Assembly: GCA_951406725.2 (NCBI GenBank)
Contig: OX597815.1
Coordinates: 124,496,001 to 124,560,000, forward strand
DNA: 64,000 nt
From: Octopus vulgaris
Taxonomy: Eukaryota
Reading direction: 5' to 3'
Below, piece by piece: positions 52,801-64,000 of the stretch (position 1 is the first letter of the stretch; every line of letters begins with the position of its first letter). The position numbers were made by a program, and so were the translations under genes. The notes below the pieces were generated by a model. It had not been told where the DNA came from. It searched no databases and saw only the letters and a list, made by a program, of their open reading frames with translations.

Positions 52801-54679
52801 CCAAGCCTATATTTGTACACTACTCTGATAATATACTGATACATTTATATAGAGTATTGGTGGAATCTTTCAATCATTATTTCAAATAAATGTAAATAGA
52901 AAAAGAGAAAAATGGGGGAAATACACAGAATAACGTAGTTCCCAAAACGATTTGACGGTCACGACTGGTATGCTTTTGAATGTAGACTTATCGAACCGTT
53001 CCAGCCTGAGGCAAAATAACGCATAAGAACCCCGATATAGCACCTGCGACCGAAAGCAGAAAACGTAGACTGTGGCAGAAATCATCTTTCAAGCGGATAT
53101 AAACATCTATAATCCAAATAAAAATTTTCACTGAAAAATTTCGCGAATTAAAATAAAGAAAACTCACATATATTATTTATCTTTTGCTTTAATGACATAC
53201 TTTTCAAATTATAATTTTGAATTATCAGATAACTCTGTTGCTCAGAGATCGTAGATATTTCTTATAAATGAATATAACTACATGAAACTGTTAATGTTTA
53301 GTGTTGTATTTAAGGTAAGCAAAAACCAAATAAATTTTGAAAGATGGCAAAATGGAAAAGAGATTCTTGCAAGGAATTTCTTTGACCAATTGGATTTACT
53401 TTTCTACTAATGTCTTATATTTGGTATCGCATATAAACAAACACACAATAATTTTAGCGAAACTCAGTGTCGCACATTTTAGCATACAAATAATTTTAGA
53501 TGCCTATTGAAAACTTTTCTTATGATTACGTATACCTAAGAGAGGTTTATTTACACAAATAAATCGACTTTAAGTTATTTGTGACTGAGAAGAAATTTAT
53601 GCAGTTTTAATTATCTTTCTCCTCTCCTTTTAAAAATAAAGATTTCTCGAAAAATCATATTGTTGCAGGATAAAATGGCAGGAAATAAATAACAAGCATG
53701 AAATATTTTCCAATAAATATAATATATTGTTACGCTAAAAACGGTTATTAGAAAGCTATTTCCGTAAATCAGTATCAGAAAATCCATTTTCAGTGGTAAT
53801 TTATGTCCTGATTATTTTTTAGATTAATATGAGTGTTGAGAGTTTTCGTTGACAGGAAACTGAAAGCTTTCGTATTCACTACATTCCAAAATTAGATCTT
53901 CCAGAATGTATGTCTATTTTGCGACACTGATCACATTTTAAATCCTGGTGTCAAGCTTGCTCATGCAAACAATTTATGGACACTTTGTCATTTATCCAAA
54001 ATGGAAACGAATAAGTATATGCAGCCGTGGTATTAAATCCTAAATGGTTAAAATAAAAAGTATTAAAAGTTTAAAAAAGAATTATACAATGTAGTTTTAA
54101 AAGTTTAAAATATATCCACTTTTAAAAATTATAAATTTGTACTTAGTATTTTCCTTTTAAGTGTTCAGCAATATGAAACGTAAAAACAAAATTCTACTGA
54201 AATTCTCTTGCATCCCAATGTGCGCCGCACATTCAGAAAGGGTTTAAAACGTATTTGTTGTTAAAAATAAACTATTACCGGTTACTCTTTCTCCTTTTAG
54301 CTTTAATACAATGTATTATCATTCATCACACTAGTTAATTAGTTCCTCCTCAATAGCTCTGCAAGCACCAAGAATTGGGCTAAGCTTCCACATTTCAATT
54401 TCGGCAATGGTATAAGTCTAACAAACTAACAACACTTTTGGAACCCGATGAAGAAATTCTAATGGAAAACTGTTTTAAATTAAATAGTGGGAAAAAGTAT
54501 TACAAAAGCGTTTGAGATAACATTGCACTAATCCTGTATTATAAGCATTTACTATAGATGTAGAGATAGTTGTTGAAAAATAATCTCTCTTATAAACAGA
54601 TTTAATTTTAACTTCCTTGTCATTATATTCTGTTTATCTTTCATGTAATTTAAATATTTTGTCGTTTCCTTATTTATAG

Positions 54680-54888
54680 ACCTACTACAACTAGTCACTA
54701 GAACTTTATTTCCCTTGGTAAGAAGTTATGTATCCGGTTCCTGACCTAAATTAGTTAAACTGTCTGCAAGTTGGAATCCTTAATAACTTCTAGTCAGTTA
54801 TAGTGAATTTATAGAAAAGATGTGTGCACATATGTTTTATTCTCACCTTTAATTTTTTTGTTCTTAGGATTGTACCAACATCAAATAA
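54680..54888 (+). CDS. Candidate pair of small terminal exons (54680-54717, 54868-54888) of an unidentified host gene
   Basis: Pyrimidine tract and AG, 38-nt exon, GTAAG, 150-nt intron, tract and TAG; spliced frame LLQLVTRTLFPLDCTNIK*; AATAAA near 55083; no homology recognised. Confidence 0.25.
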
Positions 54889-55284
54889 GTTTACTACTAA
54901 AAGTGACTTTCTATATTTTGGTTGTATATAATATTTGACATTTAAAACTTATCTAATGTAACATTTCAAATGACATTTTTCGTATTTAAATTTTTTTAAT
55001 TAATCACTATTTCCTCTATGGTGCACTCTCTGGATGGACACATATCAGCACGTTACATATATGTGTCAATATACATTTTTCAAATAAATATTGTAAATAG
55101 CGCGAGGATAATCAAAGCGAGTTGATATTCATGTAAAAAGAGAGGATGCCACTCGTGTGTATTGTTGCATAAATCATAATTAGGTAGCTTCTACGTGGTA
55201 GCTTAATTTAACTATAAATAAGGGACCCTCCTCTATCAAATTTCTCATTACCACGTTAGAAAATAACTCATTAAATTGTTTCAC

Positions 55285-55895
55285 ATTTTGTCACAAGGCC
55301 AGTAACTGTAGATGACAAGGTTTAGCCGATTGCAGTGCCTGTAGTACTTGATTGATACATTATTTGATCGATCCCAAAATGACGAAAGGCAAAGCTGACA
55401 TCGGCGGAATTTAAACTCAGAGCTTAAAGAGAGAGAATAAATGCTGCTACCGATTCACTCACGCAGTGGGATTGCTTTTAATCGAAGGTATATTTGAATT
55501 AAGTTGACCTAGACTAAGCAGTATCCACATCAGTACAACAATGGTGACAACAGCTGTACAAAAAGGATACTAGATTGAGCCAAATTAAAAATTAAATTTA
55601 CTTGGTTATATCAGTTGACTCTGTTGATTTTTTTTAAAGAACTGCTTCTCAGCATTTCGGGGTCGATAAAATAACGACCATTTCAGCACTGACGTTGATG
55701 TAATCGACTTAACCCCACCCCATAAATTGCTGGCCTTGTTCCCGAAATTTGAAACCAATACAATACAAACATTAAGGTGGCGAGCTGGCAGAATCTTTAA
55801 CATACCGGGCAAAATGAAAATGCTTATCGGCATTTCGTCAGTCTTTATGTTCTGAGTTCAAATTCTGCCGAGGTGACTTTCTCCTTCATTCTCCC
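55285..55895. mobile_element. SINE family B copies (minus 55285-55450; plus 55650-55895)
   Basis: Matches the 33316 cluster. Confidence 0.7.
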
Positions 55896-56158
55896 GCACT
55901 TCACTATGTCCCTGTCTCTCTTTTTTCTCGCTACTCCTTGATTCTTCCATCTATCTACTGCTACACACTCTCTCTCGCTCTCTCTCTTCTCCTCCTCCTT
56001 AATTCTTTTGTTCCTCTTTTTCTCTCTCTTCTCTTCTCACGTGACCGTTGGCCGACTGCTAGCCCTTTTTGTGTTTGACCACGGTCACCGCCACATCAAT
56101 ATTCTTCCATCTGTAAGGCTTAATTCTCAACACGCCAGCTGAATTCAATTTGTCCCCA

Positions 56159-56184
56159 GTCGAAAGACGCCTGTTGTTATGTCC

Positions 56185-56245
<61 letters not shown>

Positions 56246-56575
56246 GTTTTTTGTATTATTTTTGTATTTATATTCGTGTAACATCGTCCGTTTTTCCGTC
56301 CTTGTTTCGTATACATTCGATGCTTTTTTCCAAGAAATCTAATGCTCTTAGCTTAGTTTTTCCTTGAGGCTGGCCAGATTGGAGCACTCTTAAGATAATC
56401 AGCCGAAATTGCGAGGATGATCCGGTTCTTGACTGAAGATAAAAGGCTTCGAATGATCCGTCCGTGTTTTTTTTGTATCGTCTATCTGGATGTTTTGTTC
56501 TCCCTTTTTATATCACTTAGTTATCCGGATGTTTTGCGTTCTTGTCCTATTTTGTATTTTATTTTATTTTATATA
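56159..56575. repeat. Second copy of the 25705-26046 repeat, interrupted by (TAT)n
   Basis: Reverse-complement similarity. Confidence 0.7.
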
Positions 56576-58566
56576 TATATATATTTTTACAATCGAAATG
56601 TGAACCAGCTTTAATTTTCGGTGACAATTTTCATTTCAATTTAAAAATGGCATGAACATCGTAGTGTCCTATTCCTGTCTTTATCCTAAAAATACTGCCA
56701 TGTACTTCGTCAAAAGAAAATCTTTATAACACACCCAACTAGTAAGCACTAAATCACTATACTGTAGGTACAAAGTTTTAGCTAACCCCTTTAAATTCTT
56801 CTCAGAACTACTTCACTTCGTTGCTAATGAATACTCTTGAGAAAGATGTGAACTTTTTCTCCCTTAAAAACCTGAATCATTGAGCCTATATGGAACCTAA
56901 CGAAGATTATGTTGAAACAGATATTATTTATTTTTGTCTGTGTACATAAGTATTCTTCCATCTGAGGATCAAATTCACGTCTGTGTATTTATATAATGAG
57001 GAAACGACCAAGTGTTATTCGATATTTACTGTATATCGTGTGAGAGACATTTGCTGTTTCATTTCTCGGCTCGTAAATTATATACACTCTAAAATATAAT
57101 TTATTTTACAAACGAAAAATTGACAATAAGGAAATAAAGATGATAATCTGAGGAAGCGGATATATTATGCGATAGATTGCAATTGAAACTGCATCTATAA
57201 AGAAATATCCAAAGCGTATGAAAATTCATTTTGTTGTTTCATTTGAATCTGTGATATAGGAATATAGGTAGTTATCAGAAGTTGTTCTCCGCCTCCACAA
57301 GGGAGCGTTAAGAGCCATGAATGCTGCAGTAAACAATAGATTTAAGCTTACTACAGCTACCACTGTTGCTACCAAAGATTATTACCCTTGGACCCATGGG
57401 GTTCTTGAGTATCTATCCAATGCGCACATGCTTTAAAACGGCCTTAAGTATCCAAGTGGTGAAAGAAAGAAAGTAATGAAATACTAGGATAGATCTACTG
57501 TTTCTAACTATAATTAATATTTTTAAGAGACTACCGAAAACGAATATCAGATTTGTTTCCTGTTGACTTTTTAAAGCTTGATAATTATGTTAGCAGAGTA
57601 AGCAGACGAGAATCAAACATAGGTATACAAGCACCGAGCGGTATAGATAAATAAACAAAAGCACTTATATTTTTAGAATTGCTCACTAACTACAGTTTCA
57701 TCCAGAATCAACACTTTCTCAGCAGCAGGAAAATAATCTACTTTATAAACTGCTGCATGTAGCATAATTGTTAAGATACCTGTCTTTCAAGCATTGAATA
57801 ATTAATTTACATATAATAGCAACGCCTTCTTTGATCAGTGTCTTTTACCGTAAACTAATTAAAGTAGGTAATTAGATTTACCTGCAAACTGAGAGAATAT
57901 AGTTCACCACAAGAATGGTTCTTCAGATTTCTAAGTTGGAGAAACCTACAATTGACTAAAATCATATCTAGAGAAGAAATGCATCTCGTCATGCCTATTT
58001 ATGTAGTGAGGTGTATGAAGAAATTGTTAGAATCAAGGTCAGACTGAAAAATGTAAAGTTGTGTATATTTCTCCTTCATTATAAACAGATTCTTTTTTTT
58101 CACAAGAGAATTCTTTATAACCCACAATGGGTCAACAAAGAGGAAACAATACAAGGTGGGGACAAAAAAAAATCAACAAATTTCGACTTACATGACTTCA
58201 ACTGTAGTACATTAGTGTAAGTAATCTATTACTCGTAAAGAGACAAGTCATGCACAAGCGTTAGAATACGGCTGCAGAACCTAATTTTGTATATAAACAG
58301 AATTATTGAACGGGTACCAGATCATCCTGGAGTGTCAACCGTAACATATCGACTTAAAGCTAGTCCTTTCAGGCTCATGGAGGAATTTATATTTGTCTGC
58401 TACTTTAAAAATATTGAATTGTAAAACAATATAACGTTATTAAGGATATTATGTCGCTTCTAAACGTTTACTTACAGTAATTCGTTTCCCTTAATATCTA
58501 TACACACATTCATATATGTATATGTGTGTGTGGGTGGGTGTGTGGATGGGTGAGTGCGTGTGTTTT

Positions 58567-58598
<32 letters not shown>

Positions 58599-60649
58599 CA
58601 GAGAGAGAGAGTGAAAGAGAAAATTCTGGATATTTACATTAGTGCGTGTTTATACATTTAGCTTCGCAATTACAAGGTTTCGCATCTAATCGCACTGTGC
58701 AGCAGCCTGGAAACGTTTCCAGTGAGACAGATCGAAACTGTCGAGACCATGCCCGTTTTATGATGGTTGATGGAATGTGCCACGTGGTTTTAAAAATGCA
58801 CTACCATATTGTCTGCAGCTGTCTTTAGCCTACTTTATTACAAATATTCGAACTAAGTCAAGTTAAGTTTTGAGGATAACTTTATCTTTTCCTTCAGCCA
58901 GTCTTGGAGATCCTGTTAAGGGTCATGAACTCTAACTTTTCTCTTTTGACCACGCTGATTAAAAGTAGATTAAAAGCAGAATCCGTATCGTATTGAACTG
59001 AGTACTTGCAGTGTTTAGTTACTCTATATCGTGAATGTTAGCCCTGCCAGAAAACAGTTTGCTTTACATCCTTTTAGATCGATAAAATATGTCCCAGTAA
59101 TGTACCGAAGTCAACATAATTAATTATAGTCTTGCTCTAATATTTTTAACCTTCTGCTAAGTTAGAAGTAAAAATAATTATTGTTCAAATTATGAACAGA
59201 AAGGATACCAGCCAAAACAATTTGACTGGTAGAATCTGCTTGCATCTCAAATTAAAACAAGAAGTCAGTGGAGCAAATTTTGCATCATGAACATATCATG
59301 TATAATGAACAGATACGTATCTACACATAATACCAATGTACTCTGAGATCAATTATATCGGAAAAGATGGGATTATCGTGCTTAGTTGAATGGGACAAAA
59401 TAACAACAATAACAACTTATACCACCGATATGATGTATACATTCACGATTCGTCGGGTTCAGACTGCTATCTGCTGTGCACACCATCTTTACGTAGTACT
59501 ATCTTTAACTTAATGAATATTCTATATAAATACGGTCTAGCTGACTTTCTGGGGTTTCTATAAATCATTGGCGAATTCATAAAATCGTCCAATACAATTA
59601 CAACTAACTGAAATGATCAAATATTTCCATTTTACCACAGCACAAAGAAAATATGCGTTTCTGTCTCCCCCATTAATTATGGAGAGGCATGTGTCCAAGG
59701 ATGTTTCTAGATACAGGATACCACATTGACTGTAAATTGCGGCTAATATACACAGGACTTTTTTAAGAAAAAAAAGAAACTGCTAATCGAAACGAGCCAC
59801 CCGAACGAGACGCAAATCTCACAATCAGCCTAGTTTATGAGTGGCCGTGAGCTGCAATTCTTAGTTTCATTAACAAATACCACATCTATATCAAGTGACT
59901 TGAGGTCACGTTGGAGATTATCAGTGTCTACAAGTTTCTCTCCCAAGTTATGCACATTTATAACCCCTTCCCCAAGTAAATCATGAATAAGAAAACGGGA
60001 ACTTACTCAGGATTTGTTTTCTTAGATATCCCTGTTTTCTCTGCAGGAAGCACCCCACATACCATATCCCCTGGTGTCTTTATCATTGTGTGTACATGAT
60101 TAAAAAATTTTTTTGATATTGATATTGCTGTCGCTCTTGTTTATTGTAATATTGCTGTTCTTATTGTTGTCGTTATATTCGTGTTATTAACGTTTTTATT
60201 GTAGGACTGCAATAGTTACCTTTTATTGGTGTTGTTTAAACACAGACCCTTTCTAAACGGGTAGATCTCTGATCAGAGACTTGTTGTTTTTGTTCTTGGC
60301 ATTCTTTCCGCCTTCGTCGACATCGTTTATATTATTCTCTATTGTATCTCGATTATTTGCAGTGTTTCTGTCGCTCTTCTCTTTATTATAGTAGTTTACC
60401 CTTACAACAACTTCCGTAGCTATTTCAAAAGGTATTGTTTGCCTTGTCGGCAAATGACAAATAAAATTCGAGTATCTTCCCCAACAGATTGGAGTAAGGA
60501 TGGATGGAAGACATTCTAGATTTTAAAAAATGCCCTGGTTATAAATTCATTGAAGCAATAAAAGGGAACTTACAAGCTCTGGATGTAAATTATTTATCAG
60601 CGCTATAACAGTAGCTTTACTTTGAAAGTCCAAGTAAACGGATATAAAT

Positions 60650-61435
60650 AATAACGGTTTCTAATTTTATTAAAGATCAGCAGTATAAGTATTAAGGATA
60701 ATGAGTAGTCGATTAAATCAGATCATGTCTTGTATTTTAATCTACCAATTCTGGAAGGATGAAAGGTGAAGTTGACCTCAGTGAGACTTGAACTCAGAAC
60801 ATAAAGACCCGGAAGAAATAGGACAAAGCATATTGTCCGACGCTGTAACAGTTCTTCCAGCAAAACGCTATTCATAATAAAGGCTTTTTATTTAAGGACG
60901 AGGACAGCAATTTCGAGATAAGTGAGTTAGTTGATTGTATCAACCACAATACTTGACTGGTATTTTATCAATCCCGAAAGATGAAAGGCAAATTTAATGT
61001 CGAAGGTATTTGATCAAAAGAAAAAAAAGGAGGCGGAACAAATATTGCAAGGTATGTTTCCCATGCTCAAATGATTCTGTCAACTCACCACCCTAATAAT
61101 CATACTTTCTTCCGGAGAAGTAACAGTCAACTAATTCCAACTCAGCTTTATTTTATCACTCCCGGAAAAAAAACAAAACATGAAAAGCTAAATTAAATTT
61201 CGGCGGATTTGAATTCAGAACATAAAAAAATAGTAGCAAATGCCGCACGGATTTTTTTTCCAATCCTCTAACGATTTTTCAAATCCACCGTCTTTGTCTA
61301 ACATAGCTACAATGCTAAAAATTCGAGGAAGTGGGTTACTCACTTAAATAGACCTAAGTGATTGAAGACTACTTATTCCATTCACTGAGAAAAATGAAAA
61401 GTTAAGCCGACTCAGCAGAATTTGAACGCAGATTG
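60650..61435 (-). mobile_element. Four tandem decayed SINE family B copies
   Basis: GATGAAAGG..AA..TGAC.TC..GA.TTGAACTCAGAAC recurs about every 200 bp. Confidence 0.65.
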
Positions 61436-61537
61436 ACGAAGTTTAATATGGCAATATAACAAGTGTAGAAACAATTGTTGCTTCACTAATTCATAGACAG
61501 TTTACAAACTAATTAACAGGCGGATAACATGTAACAA

Positions 61538-61972
61538 GGATCTTTTCGGTTTGAACGGCAGTTTTTTTCTAGCGGTGTCATATGAAATTGTCACCCATAG
61601 TTATGACCCTAGTATCGATCTATTGCATTTCAATCTGTTTTAGGGTTAGGGTTAGTTAGGGTTAGTTAGGGTTAGGGGTGGGGGAAGGGTATCTTTTTTC
61701 TTCACAAATGTAAATAAACCCAATCTGTTTCTTAAACGAGGGACATATTCATACGGCACAGAATGTTTTCACCTCAATAGACGTCATTGATTGGTTGAAA
61801 TTGCAGAAATTGAAGGAAAAAAAGCAACAAATATCTTACAATCTATAGAATTTTCTCAATAAAAAAGAGAAAAAGATGTTTTATAAACACATTCTACCAG
61901 TATACGAAGTTTAAAGATGTTTAGTTACGTGAAAATTATTTTAAAAAACTGCCGTTCAAACCGAAAAGATCC
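61538..61972. mobile_element. MITE with GG-initiated TIRs and 8-bp TSD (Merlin-like), carrying TTAGGG repeats
   Basis: TIR GGATCTTTTCGGTTTGAACGGCAGTTTTT, perfect at both ends; TSD TGTAACAA at 61530-61537 and 61973-61980. Confidence 0.88.
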
Positions 61973-63709
61973 TGTAACAACATAAATAAAACAAAAATCA
62001 AAGTCCAAGATCAATTTATTAAATAATGTAGAAAAGAAAGAATGATTATCGACGTTTAGTATAGTGATCCTTCGTCACGTCAGATGGAAGAAGGTAAATA
62101 ATGGAAAGAAAGAAAGAAGCGAAGAAAAAAGAAACGAAAGATATTTTTCAGGGGTTTGTCTGTTTGTGTAGAAAATATAAAGTAACAAAGAATTGGTTTT
62201 AGAAAAGTGACGAATAAGAGAAGAATGCATGACAAGCGAGAGTTGGAATGTAAGAACAGATGGTTGAGTGAAGGTGGCGTATTTAAAGGAAGCGGTCTAA
62301 ATGATTAAGAAGTTAACTAATTAAAATAGACCATTATTTCCGCATTTGTTACATGAACCTTGTCTCGGTCCGAATTGAACCCGTAATAACTTGTGAAGTG
62401 CTTAAAGGGAAATTGTAGATGTCGACATTTCTATAGGGTACAAAGGATACAAATTCCATTATTAAAGGATAGAATTTCTGTTGTTATTTACCGGGCATGG
62501 GACCTCAAAATATAATTGAAATAGTGCCATAAATTTAGATGATCCCTTTCGGTATCTCCTTATACTATATCTGTAATTATGCCTACTATTTAGAGCCTAA
62601 ATGAGAACAAGAATATGAATAATAAAATGGGTATCGAATTTATCAGCGAGTCTAATTTCTTAGTAGACTGCTTTGTTTTTTACAGTAAAAAGGTGGAATA
62701 TTTTTGACAAGTCATGTTATCAGTTAATCACTGCAGTCGGGCGTATCTAAACACTCATATTAACCTTTGCTACACTAACATTCTCCACGAAACACTGTCT
62801 AGCTACTAACATATGTCATATACACATTCATATGCGCATGTGCACACATACACCCCAGTACACATAAGTTCATACACACATTCATGTATAAACAAACACA
62901 ACACACGCAGACACACACATACACATATCTTCTTAACCCTTATTTCTTTCCTTTGGAGTGCCTGTGCGCGCGCGTAAACATACATACATACATATACATA
63001 TACACACACACATATATATATATATAAACATACACATATTTATATATATATGCATATTTATTCGTATGTATACACACACACACACAAATATATATGTAAA
63101 TACACATACATATATAGATAGATAGATATACACATATTTATGTGTGTGCGTGAGTGTTATTGAGATCAAACAAGTTTCATAAAACCAAATACACGTAAAT
63201 ATACAAAGACATGTGTGAGCGTCTGTTTGTATGCATGAGAGTATAGGCGTGTGTGTGTATGTATGTGTGTGTGTGTGTGCGCGCGCACGTGTGGGTACAT
63301 ATACATACATATGAGCGCATCAACATTGATAAGGTGAAGAAGTGAGAAAGACAAAGGCGGATAGAGTGACAGAAGGATAGCAGGATAGTTCAGATGACAT
63401 ACTAAATGTCCATTAACCAGGGTTCATGTCTTTATCTTAACTTACAGCTGATCCATAACACGACGGGGTAAAATTTTGTGTCGAATAATAAACAGTATTA
63501 CTATAGAAATAAACCCTTCCTCTTTAATGAAATCAGCTTCGAAATATTAACGTCGACTGAAAACAAGAATCAAACTGAAAAGAAATATTCTAGAATTGTT
63601 CTTGCGGTGACGATACGTTTTTAAAATACATCTGATTTTCTTATAGTAATCAAACGAAAGGTTAAGGAAAAGTTCGAGGTGCTATTGAAACGTGAAAGCA
63701 AATGAAGCT

Positions 63710-63870
63710 GCAATAAGGCTGCTTTTTGCAAGACATCAATCTTGCATGGGATTTCCAGTTGCCTTAAGAAACCTTGAAGTTTCAATGGGATTGAGCCCAA
63801 CGCTCCGGTCACCACTGGTATCACTTTTACATTACCCACTCGCATTCCTTACGTTCTTGCCATTTCCACT
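63710..63870 (-). pseudogene. Fragment of the second R4-like LINE family (RLE domain C-terminus)
   Basis: VKVIPVVTGALGSIPLKLQGFLRQLEIPCKIDVLQKAALL. Confidence 0.7.
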
Positions 63871-64000
63871 TTCAGTTCGGAATAATTGGTAATTTTTTCA
63901 ACCTCTTTACTCACAACGTTCATGTCATTTGGTATGGCTACATCAATGATCTGACAGTATTTGTCTCTCTTACTCAATGTGACAATATCCCCAGAGTCTG

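Overview
Repeat-dense, AT-rich animal genomic DNA, either intronic or intergenic. The SINE families and extreme microsatellite load suggest an octopus or other cephalopod (inference). Almost all ORFs in the track are microsatellite translations. The recognisable coding relics are all transposon-derived: a 5'-truncated Dong/R4-clade LINE inside a (TAA)n tract, RTE- and CR1/L2-group LINE fragments, a full-length cecropia-type mariner, a decayed irritans-type mariner and a maT (DD37D) relic. There are also hAT and GG-ended MITEs, Helitrons and three SINE families. The main unexplained signal is non-coding: six sequence-unrelated families of short (about 150-360 nt) elements, each with a minimal type I hammerhead ribozyme (CUGANGA...GAAA, self-complementary stem III, NUH site). 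Four families occur as divergent inverted pairs (minus copy left, plus copy right). Two show about 354-360 nt monomers with terminal redundancy or permutation, as expected from circular or multimeric RNA templates (retrozyme or Penelope pLTR-like). One carries a compensatory U3:A8 catalytic core. All folds and alignments were read by eye; no host protein gene is confidently identified.
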